A stretch of 64,000 nucleotides of DNA from Clostridia bacterium (GTDB lineage Bacteria > Bacillota > Clostridia > Christensenellales > DTU072), in NCBI GenBank assembly GCA_035409945.1, contig DAONQC010000001.1, positions 21,571 through 85,570 of the forward strand, written 5' to 3'. This document shows, piece by piece, positions 18,667 through 27,760 of this stretch (position 1 is its first letter; every line of letters starts with the position of its first letter). A model generated the notes under the pieces. That model was not told the DNA's origin, searched no databases, and saw only the letters and a program-made list of their open reading frames with translations. The position numbers and the translations under genes are program-made.

Positions 18667-20391
18667 ATGCTTTTGTCATTGCATGTCCAAAATGTTGCGG
18701 TAATTAGCGATTTAACAATTGACTTTGGTTCCGGATTGAATGTGATCACGGGTGAAACGGGGGCTGGAAAATCAATTGTGATTGACAGCCTCAATTTTGT
18801 TTTAGGAGAAAGAGCAGATCGTTCGCTAATTAGACACGGCGAAAATATGGCGGTTGTACAAGCGAGTTTTCATTGTTCAGACAACCTTGCAGTTATGGAA
18901 TTGTTGGATGAATATGGTGTATCTTGTGATGCAGACGGTATAATAATTATTAGGCGTAGTATGACACAAACAGGCCGTTCTGACTGCAAAATTAATGGCT
19001 GGGCGGTAACAGTAGGACAGCTACGCCGTTTAGTTGTATTGTTGATTGACGTTCATTCTCAACATCAAACGCAATCGCTTTTAGATGAGCAGACACATAT
19101 TAACATTTTAGATTCTTATTCGAAAAAAATTATTGAAATTCTCGATAAATATGAAAAATCATTTTTTAAGTATAAAAACTTATTGAAAACGTTATCAGAA
19201 TATCCTGATAGGAGTAATCTTGCTAGAGAAATAGATATGTTAAGCTATCAAATTAACGATATTGAATCTGCGCGTTTAGAACAAGGCGAAGAAGAGCTGT
19301 TGGTAGTAGAAAGAAATAAATTACAAAATAACGAAAGGTTATTAGAAGCTGCTAATATTATTGTTTCTTTGATTGATGGTAGGGACGGGATGGGATTGGA
19401 TTCCGCTCTAACTCTTATGCTAAAGCAAGTCTCGTTTATGACAAAATTTGACCCATCTATATCTGATTTAACGGATAGATTAGAAAGTGTACAGATTGAA
19501 ATTAACGATCTTAAAGATGTGTTTTTAGAATATATTGAAACAAATACAGATGGGATAGAAAAACTTGAACAAATTGAACAACGAATAGATGTTATACGGA
19601 AAATTAAAAGAAAATATGGAACTGACATTGAAGAAGTGCTAAGAAAGCTGGATGAGTATAAAATACGCTTAGATTTTTTAAGCGATGCAGAATCAAATTT
19701 ATCTGAACTTAATAAATGTATAAGCAAAGTGATTTATGAGTTGTTGAGTATAGCTAAAATGCTTAGCGATGAAAGGGATAAGACGGGTCGTTTATTGTCG
19801 CGTGAAATTGTTAAGCAGCTTATAGATTTAGGCATGAAGCATGCGGAATTTAATGTAGATGTAGACTTTTTTGGCGAAGTTGTGGAAAAACTCACTCATA
19901 AAGGTGGGGATAATGTGAGATTTGCTATTAGTCTTAATCCTGGAGAACCTTTAAAACCTCTTTCTAGAGTAGCCAGCGGTGGAGAAATGAGTAGGGTTAT
20001 GTTAGCAATTAAAAACATCACTGCGGATTTAGAAAATATAGACACGCTTATTTTTGATGAAATCGATACGGGAATTTCAGGCAATGCAGCCAAAACTGTG
20101 GCTCAAAAATTACATAACATAGCGAGTAAAAGACAGGTTATAGTTGTTACCCATCTTGCACAAATAGCCGCTATGGCTGATAGTAATTTTTTAATAACTA
20201 AGAGTGTATATGAATCTGAAACGGTTTCAGAAATACATCATTTAACTGATGAAGAAACAATTTATGAATTAATGCGAATTTTAGGGAGTGAATCAAAAAG
20301 CGAAACAGGTTATGGACATGCAAAAGAACTTAAACTAAACGCCAATTTGTATAAAGAGTCGCAAAAACAGCTATTGTATAATAAAAAATAA
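18667..20391 (+). CDS. recN: DNA repair protein RecN
   Basis: Walker A GETGAGKS, a long coiled-coil middle, the ABC signature ASGGEMSRVMLA, and Walker B LIFDEIDTG. Confidence 0.95.
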   Translation: MLLSLHVQNVAVISDLTIDFGSGLNVITGETGAGKSIVIDSLNFVLGERADRSLIRHGENMAVVQASFHCSDNLAVMELLDEYGVSCDADGIIIIRRSMTQTGRSDCKINGWAVTVGQLRRLVVLLIDVHSQHQTQSLLDEQTHINILDSYSKKIIEILDKYEKSFFKYKNLLKTLSEYPDRSNLAREIDMLSYQINDIESARLEQGEEELLVVERNKLQNNERLLEAANIIVSLIDGRDGMGLDSALTLMLKQVSFMTKFDPSISDLTDRLESVQIEINDLKDVFLEYIETNTDGIEKLEQIEQRIDVIRKIKRKYGTDIEEVLRKLDEYKIRLDFLSDAESNLSELNKCISKVIYELLSIAKMLSDERDKTGRLLSREIVKQLIDLGMKHAEFNVDVDFFGEVVEKLTHKGGDNVRFAISLNPGEPLKPLSRVASGGEMSRVMLAIKNITADLENIDTLIFDEIDTGISGNAAKTVAQKLHNIASKRQVIVVTHLAQIAAMADSNFLITKSVYESETVSEIHHLTDEETIYELMRILGSESKSETGYGHAKELKLNANLYKESQKQLLYNKK

Positions 20392-20571
20392 ATATTTACT
20401 CCAAATTCATCACCAAATTAGAACTATGTCGTCTTGAAGTTGTAAATTCACTTCGTGTATAATATCAAGTTAACTGATATATTTTAAATATATTGTTTGT
20501 ATTATTGTAGTTTCTTTTACTTTTTTTATTAATAATGATATAATTTTTTGAATTATTATGTGAGGTTGCTT

Positions 20572-21591
20572 ATGTTAAATACTATCGCTGAAATTAAAGA
20601 AAATGTTTCACTTGCAGTAAAAGAAGCCACATCTGTAGACCAGTTACAAGCCATTAAAATCAAATATCTTGGACGCTCTGGTGTTCTGACCTGTCTTTTA
20701 AAAGATTTAAAAAATGTTAGTCCACAGGATAGGCCTATGTATGGCAAGCTATTAAACGACACACAGCGTTTATTGGAACAAAATATTAATGAAGTTATGG
20801 AATGTCTCATTCAGAAAGAGAAATTACAGCGTGAAAAAAGCGAAGCTTTAGATGTTACATTTGCAAAAATTGTAACTAAGAGAGGTTCATTGCATCCACT
20901 AACTAAAGTTAAAGATGAGATTGTTAACATTTTTATTGGCTTAGGCTTTTCGGTCGAAGATGGACCAGAAATCGAATATACAAAATATAATTTTGAGTTA
21001 TTGAATATTGCCGCAGATCATCCTGCAAGAGCTTTTGCAGATAGTTTTTATATTACTAATGATATATTGTTACGCACACAAACGTCTGGGATACAAGCCA
21101 GGGTAATGGAAAGCCAGTCCCCGCCAATAAAAATCGTATGTCCAGGAAAAGTATACAGGCCAGATGCAGATGCAACGCATTCGCCCATGTTTCAACAAAT
21201 AGAGGGTCTATATGTTGATAAATCAGTATCTTTAGCTGATTTAAAGTATACATTAGAACTTTTTGCAAAGGAGTTTTTTGATAAAGATACAAAAGTTCGT
21301 TTCAGACCATCATATTTCCCTTTTACAGAACCGAGTGTTGAAGTTGACTTAAGTTGTGCAATGTGCCATGGCATAGGCTGTTCTTTATGTAAAGGTACGG
21401 GCTGGTTAGAACTATTAGGTGCTGGGGTTGTTAATCCAATAGTATTAGAAAACTGTGGTATTGATTCTACTCATTATTCGGGGTACGCATTTGGTATAGG
21501 TGTTGAAAGAGCAACTATGGTTAAGTACGGGATTCCCGATATGAGATTATTGTTTGAAAATGACATTAGAATGTTAGAACAATTTAAATAA
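20572..21591 (+). CDS. pheS: Phenylalanine--tRNA ligase alpha subunit
   Basis: Class II motifs (HPARAFADSFY, FRPSYFPFTEPS, GIGVERATM). GAGG lies upstream of ATG 20572. Confidence 0.95.
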   Translation: MLNTIAEIKENVSLAVKEATSVDQLQAIKIKYLGRSGVLTCLLKDLKNVSPQDRPMYGKLLNDTQRLLEQNINEVMECLIQKEKLQREKSEALDVTFAKIVTKRGSLHPLTKVKDEIVNIFIGLGFSVEDGPEIEYTKYNFELLNIAADHPARAFADSFYITNDILLRTQTSGIQARVMESQSPPIKIVCPGKVYRPDADATHSPMFQQIEGLYVDKSVSLADLKYTLELFAKEFFDKDTKVRFRPSYFPFTEPSVEVDLSCAMCHGIGCSLCKGTGWLELLGAGVVNPIVLENCGIDSTHYSGYAFGIGVERATMVKYGIPDMRLLFENDIRMLEQFK

Positions 21592-21610
21592 ATTTAACTG
21601 GAGATAAAAA

Positions 21611-23989
21611 ATGTTAGTTCCAATAAGTTGGTTAAAAGATTACGTCGAGATATCACTTACTCCTGAAGAATTAAGTGAGAAACTTGTTTCATGCGGCTTT
21701 GAAATAGAAGAAATAATTGATTTATCTAAGCGAGTGCAAAACGTATATACAGCAAAATTACTAGATGTGAAAGAGCATCCAAATACTAATAAACTCTTGC
21801 TTTGTAAAACTGATGTGGCTGACAAAGGTGTTTTATCAATTGTTACAAATGATTTGTCATTAAAAGTTAATGACATTGTTCCTGTAGCGCTAGATAACGC
21901 CACATTATATGATGGCAAAACAGTGAAAAAGTGCTTTATAAAAAACGTAGAATCCGATGGAATGTTTTGTGGGCTTTCTGAGCTTGGATGTGATGAAAAC
22001 GATTTTATAGGTGCTTCATACGATTCAGTCCTCAAACTTCCAGAAGATACACCGATAGGTTGCAATATTAATAACATACTGGGAAGAAACGATTTTGTTT
22101 TAGATGTATCGGTTACGGCGAATAGACCCGATGCAAATAGTATAATAGGCATCGCACGTGAAGTTGCTGCTATAACACATCAAAAAATGAAAAAAACTAT
22201 TTTAGATGAAGTGCAAACAAAATTTCATACTTTAACATTAAATAACGATGCTCCTGATCTATGTCGTAGATACATGGGCGCATTGGTGAAGGATGTAAAG
22301 GTAACAGAATCCCCCGCAGTAATTAAAAACAGATTAAGGAGTGTAGGGATTCGGCCTATTAACAATATTGTAGACATAACGAATTATGTTTTAATCGCTA
22401 CAGGTCAACCTATGCATGCATTTAACGCAGATAAAGTTGAAGCAAACACTATTATAGTAAGGAGGGCAGCAGAGGGGGAAAGTATAATTGCTTTAGACGG
22501 TAACAAATATGCTCTTGATAGTAGTATGCTAACAATTTGTGATGTAAATAAACCTTTGGCAATAGCTGGTGTTATGGGAGGTATGGATTCTTCTATAACG
22601 GATGCTACAACAACGATCATTTTAGAAAGTGCTAATTTTGCAAGAGACAATATTAGGTATACTTCTAGGAAGTTAGGCTTACAGTCTGATAGTTCAAGTA
22701 GGTTTGAAAAAGGTATAGATTTATATTCTCAAGAATTAGGTATGCAATTAGCGATTGAATTAATTAAAAAGTTTAATTGGGGAACTTTTCAGGAAGTTAC
22801 TGATAGTTTAAAAGAGATAGTCATTCCAAAAAAAATCACATTTACTAGACAGGATATTGAAAAAATTCTAGGTATTAATTTAACAGACAGGCAAATATTA
22901 TCTGTTCTTACGGGACTTGAGTTTAATGCTACAAAAGATGCTAACTATGATTCATTTATCGTAACTATACCTCGTTGGCGCGAAGATATAGTTGGAGTAA
23001 ACGATATAGCGGAAGAAATAATTAGAATTATAGGCTTTGATAATATTGGAGCTGTATCTTACAAGGAAATGAGTTTGTTGCGTGGAAGTAAACCAAAGAG
23101 ACAAACAACGATTAGCAAAATTAAGGAATTATTACTTGGCTGTGGGGCAAGTGAAATTATTACCTATTCTTTTATCAACCCTAATTTTTCAAACTTGTTA
23201 AAAACCCCCATTGATAAACATATAAAACTGTTAAATCCCTTAAGCGAAGATTTTTCAATTATGAGAACCAATTTGGCATTCAGCATGTTGAAAACAATGT
23301 CTTCTAACTATAATCACGGGAATAAAAAGCTGCGTCTTTTCGAAGTAGCAAATGTCTATATTCCAAAAGAATTGCCATTGCAATGTTTACCAAAGGAAGA
23401 ATTGACATTATGTATTTCTGCAACAGGGGAAGATTTTTACGAATTTAAATCGATGATTGATATGATTTTTGATGTTTTAAGAATCAGCATAAAAATTGAC
23501 AAGATTGATAACTTGTTATATATGCACCCCTACCGACTTGCGAGAATAAGTGAAAATAACTCTGGTGAGAGTATTGGATATTTTGGTGAAGTTAATTCTT
23601 CGGTGACAGGGGAGTTAAATATTAATTCTAAAATGTATATAGCAGAATTAAATTTGGAAAAAATGCTCGAGATGTCTTCTGACTTTACGACATTTAAAGA
23701 AATATCAAAATATCAAGCTTCAGAAAGAGATATTGCTATTTTAGTGAATGAAAATGTGGTCGCAGCGGACATTCTTAATGTCATTAAAGAATTAAATCAA
23801 GATAATTTAGTAGATTATAAAATATTTGACATTTATTCAGGAACGCGAGTTAAGGAAGGCAGTAAGAGCGTAGCGATTAACCTCAAATACCAAAATTCTG
23901 ACAAAACATTAACAGAAGACGAGATTAATGCAGATGTTGCTGCTGTTTTAGATTCTTTGAAAATTAAATTATGTGCAAGCTTACGATAA
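21611..23989 (+). CDS. pheT: Phenylalanine--tRNA ligase beta subunit
   Basis: Starts MLVPISWLKDYV and has tRNA-binding, B3/4, B5 and FDX-ACB-like regions. It is 792 aa and follows pheS. Confidence 0.95.
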   Translation: MLVPISWLKDYVEISLTPEELSEKLVSCGFEIEEIIDLSKRVQNVYTAKLLDVKEHPNTNKLLLCKTDVADKGVLSIVTNDLSLKVNDIVPVALDNATLYDGKTVKKCFIKNVESDGMFCGLSELGCDENDFIGASYDSVLKLPEDTPIGCNINNILGRNDFVLDVSVTANRPDANSIIGIAREVAAITHQKMKKTILDEVQTKFHTLTLNNDAPDLCRRYMGALVKDVKVTESPAVIKNRLRSVGIRPINNIVDITNYVLIATGQPMHAFNADKVEANTIIVRRAAEGESIIALDGNKYALDSSMLTICDVNKPLAIAGVMGGMDSSITDATTTIILESANFARDNIRYTSRKLGLQSDSSSRFEKGIDLYSQELGMQLAIELIKKFNWGTFQEVTDSLKEIVIPKKITFTRQDIEKILGINLTDRQILSVLTGLEFNATKDANYDSFIVTIPRWREDIVGVNDIAEEIIRIIGFDNIGAVSYKEMSLLRGSKPKRQTTISKIKELLLGCGASEIITYSFINPNFSNLLKTPIDKHIKLLNPLSEDFSIMRTNLAFSMLKTMSSNYNHGNKKLRLFEVANVYIPKELPLQCLPKEELTLCISATGEDFYEFKSMIDMIFDVLRISIKIDKIDNLLYMHPYRLARISENNSGESIGYFGEVNSSVTGELNINSKMYIAELNLEKMLEMSSDFTTFKEISKYQASERDIAILVNENVVAADILNVIKELNQDNLVDYKIFDIYSGTRVKEGSKSVAINLKYQNSDKTLTEDEINADVAAVLDSLKIKLCASLR

Positions 23990-24036
23990 ATTATTAAAGA
24001 ACTCAAAATCTAATCAAATAAATGCTGAGGTATTAA

Positions 24037-25167
24037 ATGATATATTTTGATAATGCCGCTACAACAAAATGCTCAAGTGAAGCACTGGATATATATAATG
24101 AATATGCAAGAGATTATTTTTATAATCCATCAACTTTATATGCTCAAGGTGTTAAAGTTAAAAGAGAAATTAATCAAGCTCGTACCGATATTTTAAATAT
24201 AATTAATGCTAGTTCATCAGATAATTTAATATTTACGTCCAGTGGAACTGAAAGTAATGTGACTGCATTGCTCGGGACGAAGAAAAAACCCGGAACTAGA
24301 ATAATAATATCAGCATCAGAACATAATTCGGTATATCAAACGTCAATGGAACTAAAACGCAGAGGTTTTGAAGTTGTATTTGTACCTGTTGATTCTAGAG
24401 GCTTAGTTAACGTTGATGCTTTTTCTACATTGTTATCTAAAAATGTATCGTTAGTTTCAATTATGCATGTAAATAATGAAACGGGGGGGATAAATAATAT
24501 TAAAAAACTCGCAGAAATGGCAAAAAAAGCTTCGAGAGATATCCTTTTTCATTCTGATGGGGTACAGGCTCTTGGCAAAATAAAAATAGATATAACGGAT
24601 TTAGGTGTTGATTTTTATTCTTGTTCTGCGCATAAAATAGAAGGCCCAAAAGGTTGCGGGGCGCTTTTTATAAAAAACAATCAATATATTGCTCCTTTAA
24701 TTTGGGGAGGCGGACAAGAGTTTAATATTCGTTCTTCTACTGAAAACGTACCAGCAATAATGTCTTTTAGTTATGCGTTAAGAAATAGTTACAAATCGCT
24801 GGATGAAAATTTAAAAAAAGTAAATTTGTTATTTAACATATTATATGATTACTTTTCTACGTACAAAGATGTTAAGATTTTATCACCTCATAACGGTTCT
24901 CCATATATCCTTACAGTTTCGTTAGCAGGTATTAGAGGAGAAGTTATGCAGCATGCGCTAGAAACAGAAGATATTTTAATAGGTACAGGAAGTGCATGCG
25001 TTTCCAACAAAAAGAATAAACGTATCCCGGAAGCATTAAATTTAGAGACTCCCTTTGCAAATGGTCTCATTAGGATTAGCTTTAATCACAACAATACCAC
25101 AGAAGAAGCGTCACGATTTATTACATCCTTTGAAAAGATATATAAAAAATTATCAAACCATAATTAG
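24037..25167 (+). CDS. Class V aminotransferase-fold cysteine desulfurase (NifS/IscS-like, ThiI partner)
   Basis: MIYFDNAATT start and PLP-lysine context SAHKIEGPKG. Active-site Cys context is GTGSACVS. It lies directly upstream of thiI. Confidence 0.85.
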   Translation: MIYFDNAATTKCSSEALDIYNEYARDYFYNPSTLYAQGVKVKREINQARTDILNIINASSSDNLIFTSSGTESNVTALLGTKKKPGTRIIISASEHNSVYQTSMELKRRGFEVVFVPVDSRGLVNVDAFSTLLSKNVSLVSIMHVNNETGGINNIKKLAEMAKKASRDILFHSDGVQALGKIKIDITDLGVDFYSCSAHKIEGPKGCGALFIKNNQYIAPLIWGGGQEFNIRSSTENVPAIMSFSYALRNSYKSLDENLKKVNLLFNILYDYFSTYKDVKILSPHNGSPYILTVSLAGIRGEVMQHALETEDILIGTGSACVSNKKNKRIPEALNLETPFANGLIRISFNHNNTTEEASRFITSFEKIYKKLSNHN

Positions 25168-25176
25168 GAGTTTATA

Positions 25177-26355
25177 ATGAATATTGAGCAATATGAATAT
25201 AATTGTATACTAATTAGACAAGGAGAAATATTTCTAAAGGGCAAAAATCGAAATAAATTCGAATCATTACTTATAAAGAATATTAAACAAAAATTAAAAG
25301 CTTTTAAATGTACTTTTACATCATCACAGAATCGAATTTATGTAGAAGATTTTAATAAAGAAGATTTACACAAAATTATTGTTACGTTATCTAAAACTTT
25401 TGGAATTGTTAGTTTAAGCAAGGCAATAAAAGTTTCAACAGATATTGATAAAATTATAGATATAGCTAGACAGATTGTTATACCATTAAAAGGAACCTTT
25501 AGAGTTACCGTTAAGAGGGCAGATAAAAAGGTTAATAAAACATCGACAGAGATTGCTGCATATGTTGGTGGAAAAATATTAGAACATAACGCGAATCTTA
25601 AAGTTGACTTACATAATTACGACCATAATGTAAGTATTGACATAAGAGAAAATGGTTTCACTTATATATTTACGACTATAATACCTGGTGTAAGTGGCTT
25701 GCCAGTAGGTTGTAGCGGTAGTGGAATTCTTTTACTTTCAGGTGGGATAGATAGTCCAGTTGCTGGATATTATATGAGTAAAAGAGGTCTTAAATTATCA
25801 GGTATCCATTTTTATTCTTTTCCTTATACTAGTGAGTCTGCTCTTCAAAAGGTTAGAGATTTATCTAAAATTTTATCGGAATATAATAATGGTTTTGAGT
25901 TATACATCGTTCCTTTTACCGACATCCAGATAGCAATTAGAGATGCTTGCCCCTCTGAGTTTACAATTACAATTATGAGACGATTTATGATGAGGATAGC
26001 CCAAATAATTGCTAAAACTAATAATGCGAATACGATAGTAACAGGTGAGAGTTTAGGACAAGTAGCGAGCCAAACAATTAAAGGAATGGTTTCAACAGAT
26101 CAAGTTTTAGATGAAGATATTTTGGTATTAAGGCCACTAATTGGTTTTGATAAGGAGGAAACCATCGATATCTCAAAGTCTATTGGTTCTTTTGATATTA
26201 GTATTTTACCTTATGATGATTGTTGTACACTGTTTGTCCCCAAAAGTCCATCGATAAATCCTAACCTTAAATCTGTCATAGAAAGGGAGTCGGTTTTAGA
26301 TATTGAATATTTAGTTAATAAGGCAATATCTGATACAGTTATTGAACATTTTTAA
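25177..26355 (+). CDS. thiI: tRNA 4-thiouridine synthase ThiI
   Basis: N-terminal ferredoxin-like/THUMP region and the PP-loop LLSGGIDSPVA. Confidence 0.9.
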   Translation: MNIEQYEYNCILIRQGEIFLKGKNRNKFESLLIKNIKQKLKAFKCTFTSSQNRIYVEDFNKEDLHKIIVTLSKTFGIVSLSKAIKVSTDIDKIIDIARQIVIPLKGTFRVTVKRADKKVNKTSTEIAAYVGGKILEHNANLKVDLHNYDHNVSIDIRENGFTYIFTTIIPGVSGLPVGCSGSGILLLSGGIDSPVAGYYMSKRGLKLSGIHFYSFPYTSESALQKVRDLSKILSEYNNGFELYIVPFTDIQIAIRDACPSEFTITIMRRFMMRIAQIIAKTNNANTIVTGESLGQVASQTIKGMVSTDQVLDEDILVLRPLIGFDKEETIDISKSIGSFDISILPYDDCCTLFVPKSPSINPNLKSVIERESVLDIEYLVNKAISDTVIEHF

Positions 26356-26372
26356 GCATGATTCGTTAATTG

Positions 26373-26401
26373 TTGCTAACCCTTGAACGATTTAGTATAA
26401 T
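26373..26401 (+). promoter_or_regulatory. Promoter for miaB with leaderless geometry
   Basis: TTGCTA (26373-26378), a 17-nt spacer, then TATAAT (26396-26401). The predicted +1 coincides with the A of ATG 26408, and there is no SD. Confidence 0.5.
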
Positions 26402-26407
26402 TTTCAT

Positions 26408-27760
26408 ATGTGTAATTTGCCATATTTTTATATTGAAACATTTGGTTGTCAAATGAATATTTATGATTCTGAAAAGATAGCTGGAATTCTTTCAACACTT
26501 GGATATTTACCGACAAATATTGTTTCTCAAGCTAGTATAATAATTCTTAATACATGTTGTATTCGCAACACGGCCGAAAATAGAATTTTAGGTCGTATTG
26601 GTGAACTTAAAATACTAAAGAAGCAAAATAAAGACATGTTAATCATATTAGTAGGGTGTATGATACAACAGGAGGGTATGGCGACAAAACTTTTAAAAAG
26701 TTATCCATTTATTGATATTTTATTGGGAACCAAAAACTTTAATAAATTATCTGATATAATTAAAAACACTCTTGAAAATAAAAAACTTAAAAAAAATAGT
26801 GAAAAATCATTTGTAGAAGCGTTTGTAACAGGGGATGATTATATGCAACAGGTATCAGTGCCTGCTTATAGAAGCTCTTTTCCAAATGCGTGGGTTAACA
26901 TTATAAGTGGCTGTAATAATTTTTGTTCATATTGTATTGTCCCCTATGTACGCGGAAGAGAAAAAAGTATACATCCAGATATAATATACAAAGAAGTTAT
27001 AGATTTACTTGAAAAGGGATATAAAGAAATAACTCTTTTAGGTCAAAACGTGAATAGTTATGGCAACGATAGCAAAGAGGGTTGGAATTTTAATGATTTG
27101 CTTAAAAGACTTGCAACAATTAACAAAAAATTTAGATTGAGATTTATGACATCTAATCCCAAAGATCTTACTCCTGAAATTATTTCCACTATTGGGAAAT
27201 ATGACAATATATCTAAACATATTCACCTTCCTATACAGTCTGGCTCAAACAGGATATTGCAATTGATGAATCGTAAATATACATATGAAGATTATTATGA
27301 GTTAACGAAATTAATTAAACAGATTCCAGACATAGCAATAACTACAGATATTATGGTTGGATTCCCTACTGAAACAGAAGAGGACTTTTTGGACACACTT
27401 CGTGCAGTAGAAGAAATTAATTTTCACAATGCGTTTATGTTTGTTTACTCCCCAAGAAGTGGAACAAAAGCAGCACTAATGCCTCAAATTACATATAAGG
27501 TTAAAAAGGATAGAATAACTCGATTAATCGAAAAACAAAATAATATTTCTCAAGAAATCAGCCAAAAATATATAGGTAAAATATATGAGATATTAATTGA
27601 AGATACCGCCAAGGGTTTGCATAAAGTATGTGGACGCACAGATAATGGGAGACTAGTTAGTTTGCCTGGAGACAGCGACTTAATTGGTAAGTTTGTTGAT
27701 GTAAAAATTACAGCCAATAAAGGCTCATCGCTAATGGGAGAAATTATTCATGTCAAATAA
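26408..27760 (+). CDS. miaB: tRNA-i6A37 methylthiotransferase MiaB
   Basis: UPF0004 N-domain with TFGCQMN..DSE, radical-SAM CNNFCSYCIVP, and a C-terminal TRAM domain. Confidence 0.92.
   Translation: MCNLPYFYIETFGCQMNIYDSEKIAGILSTLGYLPTNIVSQASIIILNTCCIRNTAENRILGRIGELKILKKQNKDMLIILVGCMIQQEGMATKLLKSYPFIDILLGTKNFNKLSDIIKNTLENKKLKKNSEKSFVEAFVTGDDYMQQVSVPAYRSSFPNAWVNIISGCNNFCSYCIVPYVRGREKSIHPDIIYKEVIDLLEKGYKEITLLGQNVNSYGNDSKEGWNFNDLLKRLATINKKFRLRFMTSNPKDLTPEIISTIGKYDNISKHIHLPIQSGSNRILQLMNRKYTYEDYYELTKLIKQIPDIAITTDIMVGFPTETEEDFLDTLRAVEEINFHNAFMFVYSPRSGTKAALMPQITYKVKKDRITRLIEKQNNISQEISQKYIGKIYEILIEDTAKGLHKVCGRTDNGRLVSLPGDSDLIGKFVDVKITANKGSSLMGEIIHVK

Noticed and set aside
20392-20571. Possible T-box leader upstream of pheST, as expected in many Firmicutes
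   Set aside because: The spacer is only about 180 nt and extremely AT-rich. I found no T-box consensus (AA.TAGGGTGGTACCGCG-like), specifier-loop or terminator/antiterminator pair. Only a plausible promoter is present (TTGAAG 20434-20439, TATAAT 20458-20463).
20570-20580. Exact match to the E. coli dif XerD arm TTATGTTAAAT
   Set aside because: The match is formed by the pheS start codon region (ATG TTA AAT). The upstream 17 nt do not resemble a dif central region or XerC arm, so this is chance in AT-rich DNA.
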